Positions 1 through 9,041 of a stretch of 32,000 nucleotides of DNA are shown one piece after another. A model generated the notes under the pieces. That model did not search any database, was not told the DNA's origin, and saw only the letters and a list, made by a program, of their open reading frames with translations. Source of the stretch: Pirellula staleyi DSM 6068 (GTDB lineage: Bacteria > Planctomycetota > Planctomycetia > Pirellulales > Pirellulaceae); assembly GCA_000025185.1 (NCBI GenBank), contig CP001848.1:930001-962000 (forward strand), given 5' to 3'. The position numbers and the translations under genes are program-made. How positions within the stretch are numbered: position 1 is the stretch's first letter; the number at the start of each line of letters is the position of its first letter.

Positions 1-1
1 A

Positions 2-544
2 GACCTCACCCTCACGTGGGCTCAGTACCGCATGTTCCGAGGTCAACAAGCGCCCGCAGTCGCGAGTTCGTTCCTCATGGAACTCCCCCGACACGAGATG
101 GAACTGATCGGTGGGAACATGGGACGCGGAAGTGCGCCGCGCTATCTTGCCTGGGACGAAGAGAGTCAGCTCTCGCCGGAGGATGATGACCTGGAGTTTC
201 CACCGCGTGAGCAGGATGCACTGATCGACGCGCCGATGTACGACGATGTCAACCAACTCGAGCCCGAAGAGATGCAGACTCGCAAGGCGAAAGAATCCAA
301 AACCTTTAGTTCGGGGATCGTAACAGCTGCGGATCTTTTGGCTGGCAAGTCTCCCTCGGGAGGAATCTCGCCGTATGCTTTCAAACATGGAATGATGGTG
401 CAACATCCCGAGTATGGCCCTGGTCAAATCGTGGCCTTGTCGGGCAACGGCGCGAAACGGGTTGCAAACGTGCGCTTCATGGAAGGTGGCGAAGAGCGAA
501 AGTTTGTGATCGTGCACAGCAAACTCACACCACTCACCGAGTAG
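2..544 (+). CDS. UvrD/PcrA-type ATP-dependent DNA helicase, C-terminal fragment (5' end outside window)
   Basis: The frame is open from position 2 (DLTLTWAQYRMFRG...), so the track Met at 32 is internal. LTLTWAQYRMFRG...SSFLMELP matches the conserved UvrD/PcrA C-terminal block (L-T-x-A-x-x-R-x-x-G ... SRF-x-x-E-h-P). FKHGMMVQHPEYGPGQIVAL...VRF resembles the small C-terminal tail domain of PcrA/UvrD. Confidence 0.75.
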   Translation, partial: DLTLTWAQYRMFRGQQAPAVASSFLMELPRHEMELIGGNMGRGSAPRYLAWDEESQLSPEDDDLEFPPREQDALIDAPMYDDVNQLEPEEMQTRKAKESKTFSSGIVTAADLLAGKSPSGGISPYAFKHGMMVQHPEYGPGQIVALSGNGAKRVANVRFMEGGEERKFVIVHSKLTPLTE

Positions 545-592
545 TCTCACCCTCTCTCCCAAACGTCGTTATTTCGAGCGGAAAACACGCGA

Positions 593-2041
593 ATGTCGGA
601 CTACACCAAGATCGCTCAGCTGAAAAACGTAGCTGCTTTTCGTGCGCGCCTTGCCGAGCTTTCACTCGCGCTGCCCGTCGATGACAAAGCGCTGACAGCC
701 GCCGAGGGTTCACCGCTAGCCGAGCCCCTTCAGTTGGGGCCTTGGAAACTCGCGAATCGGTTTTGTATTCATCCGATGGAAGGCTGGGATGCTAATCGCG
801 ACGGAAGTCCGAGTCCTCACACGCTGCGACGCTGGCGCAACTTTGGCCGGAGTGGTGCCTCACTAATTTGGGGTGGAGAAGCTGCTGCGGTGCAACCCGA
901 TGGCCGCGCAAATCCACTTCAAACCATGGCGATCGACAGCAATCGCGCGGGGCTTCGAGCGCTGCTCGACGAACTTTATGCCGGTCACGAAGAAGTAGCT
1001 GCTGGCGAGCCTCGTCCAGTAGTGGGATTGCAACTCACCCACTCGGGACGCTTCTCGCGTCCGAACGATAAACGACTCGAGCCGCGCATCGCCTACCATC
1101 ATCCGCTCCTCGATGCCAAGTTTGGAATTGATCCGAGCGATGCCAGCGTCGTCTGGACCGACGATGATCTCGAGCGACTGATCGATGCTTATGTGGCCGG
1201 CGCGAAGCTCGCTTACGAGGTCGGCTATCAGTTCGTGGATGTGAAAGCTTGTCACGGCTACTTACTGCATGAGTTCCTTAGTGCGCGATCGCGGCCGGGA
1301 AAATTCGGTGGCGATCTCGAGGCACGATCGCGGCTGCTACGGACAATTATCGGCCGTATTCGTAGTGAAATACCGCACCTTCAGACACTAGTGCGAATCA
1401 GCATTTTCGATACGTTGCCCTATCAGACGAGCCGTGAAACGGGCAAGCCGATGCCGTATGAGCATTTGCTTCCTTACGACGTTGGCTTCGGTGTCGACAA
1501 GGATGATCCGACACAGGTCGACCTCGCGGAACCGATCGAACTTTTGAAATTGCTCGCGCGCGAAGGTGTTCCATCGGTCAACGTTAGTTGTGGAAGCCCG
1601 TACTATAACCCTCACATTCAACGGCCGGCGATCTTTCCGCCAAGCGACGGCTATCAGCCTCCCGAAGATCCGCTCGTCGGTGTCTTTCGTCAAATCGAGA
1701 TGCATAGTCGATGCAAACAGGCAGTACCCGAACTTGTGTTCGTCGGTACCGGCTACTCCTACCTGCAAGACTACCTGCCACATGTCGCGCAGGCTGTGGT
1801 GCGCGAAGGTTGGATCGACATGGTGGGACTTGGTCGTATGGTTCTTTCGTATCCCGAGCTTCCGCGCGATGTGCTCCATCAAGCCTCGTGGGCTCGCAAA
1901 AAAGTGTGCCGGACGTTCAGCGACTGCACGACCGCGCCTCGCAATGGGATCGTGAGTGGCTGTTATCCGCTCGATCCGTACTACAAAGAACTCCCCGAAG
2001 CGGAGCAAATGCGCGAGCTTAAGCAGGAGCTCAAGGCCTAA
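593..2041 (+). CDS. NADH:flavin oxidoreductase, Old Yellow Enzyme family (FMN TIM barrel), long form with Cys-containing C-terminal extension
   Basis: CIHPMEGWD, LIWGGEAAAVQPDGRA, LQLTHSGRF and VDVKACHGYLLHEFLSARSRPGKFGGDLEARSRLL match OYE/NADH:flavin oxidoreductase signature blocks. GC3-rich codon usage. Confidence 0.8.
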   Translation: MSDYTKIAQLKNVAAFRARLAELSLALPVDDKALTAAEGSPLAEPLQLGPWKLANRFCIHPMEGWDANRDGSPSPHTLRRWRNFGRSGASLIWGGEAAAVQPDGRANPLQTMAIDSNRAGLRALLDELYAGHEEVAAGEPRPVVGLQLTHSGRFSRPNDKRLEPRIAYHHPLLDAKFGIDPSDASVVWTDDDLERLIDAYVAGAKLAYEVGYQFVDVKACHGYLLHEFLSARSRPGKFGGDLEARSRLLRTIIGRIRSEIPHLQTLVRISIFDTLPYQTSRETGKPMPYEHLLPYDVGFGVDKDDPTQVDLAEPIELLKLLAREGVPSVNVSCGSPYYNPHIQRPAIFPPSDGYQPPEDPLVGVFRQIEMHSRCKQAVPELVFVGTGYSYLQDYLPHVAQAVVREGWIDMVGLGRMVLSYPELPRDVLHQASWARKKVCRTFSDCTTAPRNGIVSGCYPLDPYYKELPEAEQMRELKQELKA

Positions 2042-3075
2042 TGCTCTGTCATCCACTTCACGTGAAGCAAGTTACTAAATCAGCAATTTTATGCTTGTTT
2101 GGCGCTATTTTTTGGACATGCGCGGCACAAGGGGCTGAGCCAATCGCGGGCGACGCAACGATTCGTGGTCCAGGCGAAAAGCCAATCGTAATCACAACCA
2201 CAAGTCGTCTGGCTGGTGCGATTCACTCACTCACTTGGAATGGCGAGGAGTTCATCGACAGCGTCGATCATGGGCGTCAGTTGCAGAGTGCATCGAACTT
2301 CGATTGCTCGCGAAAATTCATTCCGGAAGTTTTCAATCCAACCGAAGCCGGCTCTCGCGCTGATCATGTCGGGAATCGATCGACAAGCAAACTGCTGATG
2401 ATCGAGGCGAAAGGAAATTCGCTCACAACAAAATCGCAAATGGCCTTTTGGCTGTTGCCCGGAGAGAAATCGCTCGGCAATTTGGCCTACAACGAAGCGC
2501 CACTTTCAAATCACCTCCTCGAAAAACGTGTGACGATTGGTATTCCTGGTTTTCCGCAAGTGATCGAGTACGACACCATCTTCACGGTCCCTGAAGGGGA
2601 GCATCACACACTCGCTCAGTTCGAAACACTCACGGGCTATATGCCGGTGAAGTTCGAAAAGTTCTTTACCTGCGATATCCAGAATCAAGGCCAACTCGAA
2701 GTGCTGGGGGATGGTCCGGGGGAACAAACCTTGCCGATCATTTTTGCGACCGAGCATGGCGAGCATGCGATGGGGATCTACGCACTCGATCAGCCTCCTC
2801 CTGATTTTGAACATACTGGCTATGGTCGATTTCGCTTTCGCGCGGAACGTGTAGTGAAGTGGAATGCCGTTTATCGTATTCGTAAAACTGAGGGTATTTC
2901 CCCGGGAAAATACGGTTTTCGTCATTATGTTTGTGTGGGAACACGCGATGACGTGCGGCAGATGATCCTGAAGCTCGCTACTGAATTAGCCCCGCGTGTC
3001 GATCGTCATCCGCTCGATGCACTTCCACCGAGTCTCGCGCCAGCCGATCAGAACCCTGCCTCTAAAACTCCCTAA
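2041..3075 (+). CDS. Hypothetical secreted protein
   Basis: N-terminal signal-peptide-like segment (KSAILCLFGAIFWTCAAQGAEP). The ATG overlaps the upstream TAA by 1 nt (TAATG), implying co-transcription with the flavin oxidoreductase. No family recognised. Confidence 0.6.
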   Translation: MLCHPLHVKQVTKSAILCLFGAIFWTCAAQGAEPIAGDATIRGPGEKPIVITTTSRLAGAIHSLTWNGEEFIDSVDHGRQLQSASNFDCSRKFIPEVFNPTEAGSRADHVGNRSTSKLLMIEAKGNSLTTKSQMAFWLLPGEKSLGNLAYNEAPLSNHLLEKRVTIGIPGFPQVIEYDTIFTVPEGEHHTLAQFETLTGYMPVKFEKFFTCDIQNQGQLEVLGDGPGEQTLPIIFATEHGEHAMGIYALDQPPPDFEHTGYGRFRFRAERVVKWNAVYRIRKTEGISPGKYGFRHYVCVGTRDDVRQMILKLATELAPRVDRHPLDALPPSLAPADQNPASKTP

Positions 3076-3153
3076 CTTGCGCTCAGTTTCTACTACAGTC
3101 GGCACCCCACTCTGTTCACGCTCGAAGCACTTCACTGCGAGGATCGCAACCCT

Positions 3154-4671
3154 ATGAATCAGCCGCCAACAACTTCCGAGCATTCGATGAGTGGACTGTG
3201 GTGGCTGGTGGGTGGCATTGTGGCGGGACTTGTACTAGGGATCTTCTATGGCGAATCGATGTGGCGGGCCTCGGGTGGGCCCGATCGCAAACTGGCGACC
3301 ATCGAGATGACTCTGAAGCAGAAGAACGAACTGCTCGTGGCTGCCCAAAAGGCCAATAATGCTGATGAAGTGAAACGTTTGGAAACACAAGTAGCGACAC
3401 TCGAGTCGGAAGTCGTGCGCCTTACAAAAGTGCGCGACGAAGCGCTCCTCGATGTGAAAGCGGGCAAGCTAAGACTCGCGGATGTCGTCTGGAAATTCAC
3501 GAAATTCCTTGGGGATTTGTTCCTTCAGGTCCTCAAGCTGCTGGTGATTCCCCTCGTCGTGACGAGCATGATTTGCGGCATCACCTCGATCGGCGATATT
3601 CGCAAGATCGGCAAACTTGGCAGCCGCACGATCATCTATTTCATGTCGACCACAACGGTCGCGGTGTTCATTGGTTTGATGCTCGTGGTGATCGTTCAGC
3701 CGGGTAAAGCAACCGACGATACGTTTGCCTTCAAGGATTCGAAGACTGCCTCGAAAGAAAATCGTGATGTGGTGGAAACTCTGCTCGCCGTTGTGCGCGG
3801 GGATGAAGGGGATAAAGGGAGCGGTATGTTCCCCGAAAATCTGATCCTCGCGGCAGCTCAAATGAATGTGATGGCGGTGATTGTTTTCTCGCTCCTGTTT
3901 GGTGGTGCACTCACGACGCTGGGAGAACGTGGCAAGCCAGCGATCGCGTTTTTCGATGCTGCGAATGAAGCGATCATGAAGATGGTGCATCTTGCGATGA
4001 TCTGCGCTCCGGTCGGAATTTTTGGTCTCGTGGCGTCGAACATCGCTCGCAATGGTGGTGGCTCGCAGCTCGGCGAAGAGCTGACAAGACTCGGTTATTA
4101 CGCCGCTGTGGTGCTCGGCGGTCTAGTGCTGCACGTCCTCTTTCTGCAACTCCTGATGTGGATGATGACCGGTCGAAATCCGTGGCAATTCATGGGGCAA
4201 ATGAGTCGCGCGATTCTCACCGCCATGAGCACCAGTAGCAGTAGCGCGACGCTGCCGATCTCGATGGAGTGCGTTTCGAAAGCCGGTGTATCGGACCGAA
4301 CATCGCGGTTCGTTTTGCCGCTGGGTGCCACCATCAACATGGATGGTACGGCGCTGTACGAAGCGGTCGCCGTCGTCTTCATTGCCCAGTCGAGTGGCAT
4401 CGAACTTTCCATCGCACAATTAGTGGTGGTGATGCTCACCGCCACACTCGCCGCGATCGGTGCAGCGGGCATTCCCGAAGCTGGTCTGGTGACGATGGTG
4501 ATCGTGCTCACCGCCGTCGGACTTCCGGTCACTGGTATCGGCAGCATCTTGGCGATCGACTGGTTCCTCGATCGGATGCGAACGAGCGTGAACGTGTTTG
4601 GCGATATGACAGGGTCGGTGATTCTCGACAAAATGGTAGGGTCGAGTGACGAACCAAACGCCAAGGTGTAA
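3154..4671 (+). CDS. Dicarboxylate/amino acid:cation symporter (DAACS/GltP-like) with an unusual coiled-coil insertion after TM1
   Basis: The core matches DAACS blocks: FLQVLKLLVIPLVVTSMICGI, SSSSATLPISMECV (the SSSATLP motif), LPLGATINMDGTALYEAV and AAGIPEAGLVTMVIVL. Confidence 0.85.
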   Translation: MNQPPTTSEHSMSGLWWLVGGIVAGLVLGIFYGESMWRASGGPDRKLATIEMTLKQKNELLVAAQKANNADEVKRLETQVATLESEVVRLTKVRDEALLDVKAGKLRLADVVWKFTKFLGDLFLQVLKLLVIPLVVTSMICGITSIGDIRKIGKLGSRTIIYFMSTTTVAVFIGLMLVVIVQPGKATDDTFAFKDSKTASKENRDVVETLLAVVRGDEGDKGSGMFPENLILAAAQMNVMAVIVFSLLFGGALTTLGERGKPAIAFFDAANEAIMKMVHLAMICAPVGIFGLVASNIARNGGGSQLGEELTRLGYYAAVVLGGLVLHVLFLQLLMWMMTGRNPWQFMGQMSRAILTAMSTSSSSATLPISMECVSKAGVSDRTSRFVLPLGATINMDGTALYEAVAVVFIAQSSGIELSIAQLVVVMLTATLAAIGAAGIPEAGLVTMVIVLTAVGLPVTGIGSILAIDWFLDRMRTSVNVFGDMTGSVILDKMVGSSDEPNAKV

Positions 4672-4701
4672 AACAATCTCCTCGCCTGGCCTTCGCCGCA
4701 G

Positions 4702-5322
4702 ATGCGTGGCGATCAGCCGTCGAGTTGGCCAACGACTTTCTATAAGTGGGCTTTTACGATGGCAATTCTGAATCTTCTTCAGGCGACACTCGAGCAGTGG
4801 CTGGGTCAACTAAGCTTTGCCAGCGGACCTCCTTATGGAGGGAACCCGGGAGGGCAGTTTTCTCAATACTCGCCTAATCCGTACAACACGCCGAACCAAG
4901 TCACACCGTATGGCATGCCGGGGATGCCTCCTCCTCCACCCTCGAAGCCGTCGCGCACGTGGCTATGGATTTTGCTGTTCGTGGGTGGTGGCGGGTTGCT
5001 ATTTGCCCTCTGCTGTGGCGGCATGATAGGCGGCAGCGTTTACTACGCCATGTCGATCGGCTCGAAGCAGGTGGAAGAAGATCCCGTGGTGATCCAGCAG
5101 TGTGGCGAGATCGAAAGTGTCACGTGGGACATCATCGGCACGGGCGAAGAAGCGGAAAACTACGGCGAAGATGTGATCGTGTTTCGCGTGAAAGGAAGCA
5201 AAGCTTCGGGCCGCGCGATTGGCATCACCGGCGAAGGAGCAGCCGACGATACGCACCTGTTCCGCGAAGGAGAACTCGTCCTCGATAGTGGCGAGCGGTT
5301 CCCGATCTTTCAGCAGCAGTAG
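4702..5322 (+). CDS. Hypothetical membrane-anchored protein (Pro/Gly/Asn-rich N-region, one TM helix, small C-terminal domain)
   Basis: Pro-rich low-complexity region (GPPYGGNPGGQFSQYSPNPYNTPNQVTPYGMPGMPPPPP) followed by TM helix WLWILLFVGGGGLLFALCCGGMIGG. The start is uncertain (alternative ATG at 4759). A strong terminator follows. Confidence 0.55.
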   Translation: MRGDQPSSWPTTFYKWAFTMAILNLLQATLEQWLGQLSFASGPPYGGNPGGQFSQYSPNPYNTPNQVTPYGMPGMPPPPPSKPSRTWLWILLFVGGGGLLFALCCGGMIGGSVYYAMSIGSKQVEEDPVVIQQCGEIESVTWDIIGTGEEAENYGEDVIVFRVKGSKASGRAIGITGEGAADDTHLFREGELVLDSGERFPIFQQQ

Positions 5323-5375
5323 CAAGGGTGATGGATCGAGCGCGATTGAAGTTGCGCCGTTGGACGATTATCAGG

Positions 5376-5464
5376 TAATGTCATCCTCAGTTGCGATTCT
5401 CACTGCTGGACAAGCCAGCTAGTAGCCACCCAAAGACACCTGACAGGATCGATTGACTGACTAC
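5376..5464 (+). repeat. Composite intergenic repeat, copy A (56-nt head + core CACTGCTGGACAAGCCAGCTAGTAGCCACCC + degenerate hairpin tail)
   Basis: 5376-5431 aligns with 7447-7503 at about 85-90% identity with one indel. The core recurs at 31060-31090 and, inverted, at 16181-16232. The two copies fall in different reading frames, so the element is non-coding. Confidence 0.85.
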
Positions 5465-5486
5465 TAGCGCGATGCAGAAACAGAGT

Positions 5487-5535
5487 GGCCGATCTCCTCC
5501 GCTGGTGCCCGAGGAGATCGGCCTTTTTTGTTGTT
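5487..5535 (+). terminator. Rho-independent terminator
   Basis: Perfect 13-bp stem GGCCGATCTCCTC (5487-5499) / GAGGAGATCGGCC (5511-5523) with an 11-nt loop, followed by TTTTTTGTTGTT. Lies between convergent genes 4702-5322 (+) and 5578-6894 (-). Confidence 0.8.
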
Positions 5536-5577
5536 CAACCGAATTGTCAAAACGACGTGAGGCGCTCGGAAGAGCGC

Positions 5578-6894
5578 TTACGATTTGCTCTTGATCGCTG
5601 GTGGTGCGACCAGGTCTTGATCCATCCGCTCGACGTCTGGCACTTCCAGTTCACCCTCGGTCGCAAAGATGCGATACGACAGCATCAGGGGGTGGCTCTT
5701 GTCGAGGGTGTATTCGAAATAGCTGCCGAAGCGAGCGTAGTTGCGTTCGCTGAAGCGCGACTCCTTGGGGTTGCTTGTGTGGTCGAGATAGCAGACCGTG
5801 TAGCGCTGCTCGCCGACGACAAAACTAACGGCATTCCAAGGCAAATTGACGTGTTCCTTTTGCGCTGGCCAGTTGCGAAAGCTGCCTGGTTTGTCCTTGC
5901 CATCGGGGCGGAGGTAGTAGGTTTTGTCGGCGGTTTTATCAGGCACCGCTTGAGTGGCGCGGAACTGAAAACCGGCATGCTGCGGATCGCCGTCGAGCTT
6001 GATCTCCCCTTCAACTTCACTCTTCAGGAGCGAAGCGAATTCGACCAGTGTGCCGCCTGCGACGTTGTAGACCGTGAACTCGCGCTCTTCGCGAGCGAAC
6101 ACAGCACCATCTTGTCCGTGCCAGGCAATCTCGACCGTATGACGACCCATCACCGGTCCAGCTTCGATGCTCAAAAACTTCTCGTGCGACTGAAACTCAC
6201 CCTTGTTGCAGTGCCAGGTGTCGGCCTTTTTGTTTTCGCCGTAGCTGATGCGATTGAAGCCAAAAAACATGCCGCGATGATGCGGGAAAAGTCCCCCGGG
6301 ACCTTTCGTCAGCAGCACTTTGCCAGCGGGATCGTAGAGGTGGTGATAGGGCTTGAACGTTTCCGATCGCTTTTCTTTAGTCGACTCATCGAGCGCAGCA
6401 TACATGTAACGCAGCACTGGTCGATCGCCGAACGAAAGTTCGCTGTACTGGCCGGCGGTATCGGTCCATTTGAATGAGGGTTCCGACTTCGCAGCATCGC
6501 TCGCAATCGTGGCGGTGTAGGTTGCGGTGGCACCCTTGGCGAGCGCTGGCACGACGAAGTGCAGCTGCGCGTGAAAGTTGCCCGCTTGCAGTTTCATCAT
6601 CGGCGAGCGCAGACCACGCAAGCTCAGCTGACCGGTGATCTTGTTCCCTTTGTCGTCGGCAATAGCGACTGGTGCGCCCGCTTCAGCAGCGGCGCGAAAC
6701 GCATCGGGAAGCACAATATCGATCGACACCGGCGTTTGCTTACGCTCGCTCTCCCCCGCCGAAACGACGTAGGTTTCGGTCGTCACTTCCGCCCCGAGAT
6801 CTTGCACGAAAAGGAGCGTCGCCATGCAGCAGCCGAGAGCGCTGACCAGCGTGCGCCACCCACTCACGCGTCCGAACCAACCATCAATAGCCAT
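5578..6894 (-). CDS. PmoA-family (DUF6807-like) secreted protein
   Basis: Signal-peptide-like N-terminus. The block KPYHHLYDPAGKVLLTKGPGGLFPHHRGMFFGFNRISYG...ADTWHC resembles the DUF6807/PmoA family common in Planctomycetota and Verrucomicrobiota. Recognised by eye only. Confidence 0.6.
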   Translation of the reverse strand: MAIDGWFGRVSGWRTLVSALGCCMATLLFVQDLGAEVTTETYVVSAGESERKQTPVSIDIVLPDAFRAAAEAGAPVAIADDKGNKITGQLSLRGLRSPMMKLQAGNFHAQLHFVVPALAKGATATYTATIASDAAKSEPSFKWTDTAGQYSELSFGDRPVLRYMYAALDESTKEKRSETFKPYHHLYDPAGKVLLTKGPGGLFPHHRGMFFGFNRISYGENKKADTWHCNKGEFQSHEKFLSIEAGPVMGRHTVEIAWHGQDGAVFAREEREFTVYNVAGGTLVEFASLLKSEVEGEIKLDGDPQHAGFQFRATQAVPDKTADKTYYLRPDGKDKPGSFRNWPAQKEHVNLPWNAVSFVVGEQRYTVCYLDHTSNPKESRFSERNYARFGSYFEYTLDKSHPLMLSYRIFATEGELEVPDVERMDQDLVAPPAIKSKS

Positions 6895-7377
6895 ACATCA
6901 CCCGTCTCAGAAATCACGAAGAACATGGGGCAAGACAACGGGACCTACCCAGTCCAAAATTCTAATCGACTGTCGCGCAGGATGTGCGAATTTTTCTCGC
7001 GCTGGGTGACGAAAAGCTAGGCCTGGCCGCAGGTTTCGTCAGGAGGACGATTTTCCAAAACGGGGCAGAATGAGGGCGAAAACAGCTCTTGGAAGGGAAC
7101 CAGCGGAGCCTCGGCGCGCGGCGCAAGGTGCGCGAGAACGCCACGCCTCTACGGGCGATAAACAGCCTGATGCGGGGCGCAGCAGCGCGCGAGTTGCGAT
7201 GAAAAAGGGGGCGTAAGTCGAGCAAAATCGTGGCCCAGCGCGCGCGCCGCGCAACATGGCGCGCGCCCCTCGCGCAAGTCGATTGCGTAATTCAAGCGAA
7301 TCACGAAGATTCCTGATTCGCAGCCGCGCTGCTGTCGGCCCCGGTAGCCGAGCTACCGACGAGACCATAGTCATGCT

Positions 7378-7542
7378 CACTGGGCAGAGCCCAGTGGCAC
7401 CCGGTGTCAGGTACGGAGTACCTGACCTACTACTTCTTCTATCGGCTAATGTCATCCTTAGGCTGCGACTCACTCTGCTGGACAAGCCAGCTAGTAGCCA
7501 CCCAGCCGCGCTTTGTCAGGTACGGAGTACCTGACCTACAAG
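7378..7542 (+). repeat. Composite intergenic repeat, tandem copies B1 and B2 (core + TGTCAGGTAC-GGA-GTACCTGACCTAC hairpin module, twice)
   Basis: B1: short core CACTGGGCAGAGCCCAGTGGCACCC (7378-7402) plus hairpin module 7405-7430. B2: head and core 7447-7503 plus hairpin module 7513-7542. The hairpin has a perfect 9-bp stem GTCAGGTAC/GTACCTGAC with a 3-nt loop. Confidence 0.85.
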
Positions 7543-7579
7543 ATTGCGTCGCGCGATGTGCTGCGTCGGGCGAAAGCCG

Positions 7580-8758
7580 TTAGTGGGTTTCGGCGTGCTG
7601 CGGGGCGATGCCGTTTTCAGCGGCACATGCTTCCGCTTCGGGCTGATACTTAAACGGGGGCTCGGTGTGGTTGTCACCAAAGCTCACTCCCAGTGCGCGA
7701 GCAGCCAGAACAGCCGAGCACATCGGATGCACGGTGCTGAGCTGAATGGCGTCGATGATCGGCACACTCTCCATCGCTGGAGGCTGATAGCAAACCATGT
7801 GGCCGAACTTCTTCTCCACGATCAGCCGCACGGCATGCGCGCCAAACTGAGTGGCCACGACGCGATCGAACGTCGTGGGGGATCCACCGCGCTGCAAGTG
7901 TCCGAGGACCACCGTGCGGGTCTCTTTACCGATCCGCTTTTCGATTTCCGAGGCGACCACATTTCCAATGCCACCGAGGCGGACCTGCTTTTGCAGCGAA
8001 TGGGCATCTTTCGTGACGAGCCCACCTTCAGGAAGCTCGGCCCCTTCGGCCACCACGATGAGGGTGAACTTCTTCCCCTGCTGTTCGCGAGCGAGCACCG
8101 CCTGACAAACACTTTCAAACGACCAGCTGATTTCGGGGATCAGAATCACGTCGCCACCACCGGCGATGCCGGCGTAGAGCGCAATCCAGCCCGCATGGCG
8201 TCCCATCACTTCCAGCACCATCACGCGCTCGTGACTAGCGGCGGTGGTATGGAGTCGATCGAGAGCATCGGTCGCGCAGAACACGGCGCTAAAGAAACCG
8301 AACGTAAACGCGGTGCTCGAAAGATCGTTGTCGATTGTCTTGGGAACACCGACGACCGGAATGCCTTGTTCGTGAAACTGCTGCGACACGGCGAGCGAAC
8401 CATCGCCACCGACGCAAACCAGCCCACAGATGTTCAGCTGCTCCATCGTGGTCTTCACGCCCGCGACCAGTTCGGGATCGAGCTCGAGTCGGTCGTTCAC
8501 CCCAACGGTGGCGGCAAACCGACCTTTGTTGGTCGAGCCGAGGATGGTGCCACCTTGCTGCAAAATCCCCGCCGTGTTTTTGGCGGTCAGCGGCACGTAG
8601 CTGACGGGATCGACGAGCCCTTCGTACCCTTTGAGGAACCCGACGACTTCATAGCCGTGCGTGTTGGCCGACTTCACCACGCCACGAATCACCGCGTTGA
8701 GACCGGGGCAATCGCCACCAGCTGTCAGCACACCAATCCGCTTCGTTCTTTCGGCCAT
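7580..8758 (-). CDS. pfkA: 6-phosphofructokinase (ATP- or PPi-dependent not resolvable)
   Basis: MAERTKRIGVLTAGGDCPGLNAVIRGVV, VCVGGDGSL, GVPKTIDNDL, MGRHAGWIAL and GHLQRGG are classic PfkA blocks. Start taken at the internal ATG (8758), because the 85 upstream codons of the track ORF have no PFK similarity. Confidence 0.9.
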   Translation of the reverse strand: MAERTKRIGVLTAGGDCPGLNAVIRGVVKSANTHGYEVVGFLKGYEGLVDPVSYVPLTAKNTAGILQQGGTILGSTNKGRFAATVGVNDRLELDPELVAGVKTTMEQLNICGLVCVGGDGSLAVSQQFHEQGIPVVGVPKTIDNDLSSTAFTFGFFSAVFCATDALDRLHTTAASHERVMVLEVMGRHAGWIALYAGIAGGGDVILIPEISWSFESVCQAVLAREQQGKKFTLIVVAEGAELPEGGLVTKDAHSLQKQVRLGGIGNVVASEIEKRIGKETRTVVLGHLQRGGSPTTFDRVVATQFGAHAVRLIVEKKFGHMVCYQPPAMESVPIIDAIQLSTVHPMCSAVLAARALGVSFGDNHTEPPFKYQPEAEACAAENGIAPQHAETH

Positions 8759-9025
8759 CGAACAATCTCCTCTCGGGTGATGAAACTTCTCGAGCTTTCG
8801 GCTCGTTTTGCGTCGCTGTACTCTGTTAACTACGAGGCAATCGCAACCTAAATGGTGCACGTGCAAGCTGAGTGAGGCCCATTTGCCTTTCAGAGCGCGT
8901 GCCAGTACGAGCGCAGCGCACTTTGCGCGAGGCGATCGACTTGATCCGAGCGAATCGGCAAATCGACCTATCTCGAGCGCGGCCTGTAACTGTACGTTGC
9001 AAAACAGCAACATGCCGAGGGAAAT

Positions 9026-9041
9026 GGTGTGATTTCACACC
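9026..9041. promoter_or_regulatory. Perfect 7-2-7 palindrome GGTGTGA-TT-TCACACC, candidate operator in the divergent pfk / peroxidase intergenic region
   Basis: Seen directly. Lies about 190 nt upstream of the ATG at 9229 and about 270 nt upstream of the pfk start. The cognate regulator is unknown. Confidence 0.25.

Noticed and set aside
7544-8851. 435-aa ORF on the + strand opposite pfk. Similar long antisense ORFs: 5485..6477 (+), 13770..15380 (+), 19621..20940 (+), 22449..23303 (-), 25020..26300 (-), 9568..10572 (-), 1388..2056 (-), 16192..16836 (-).
   Set aside because: These are typical high-GC shadow ORFs. In each case the opposite strand encodes a protein with clear family motifs (PfkA, PmoA-family, MiaB, GlpD, FAH, Cu-monooxygenase fusion, peroxidase fusion, OYE). 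The antisense translations are Arg/Ala/Gly-rich low-complexity sequence with no recognisable motifs.
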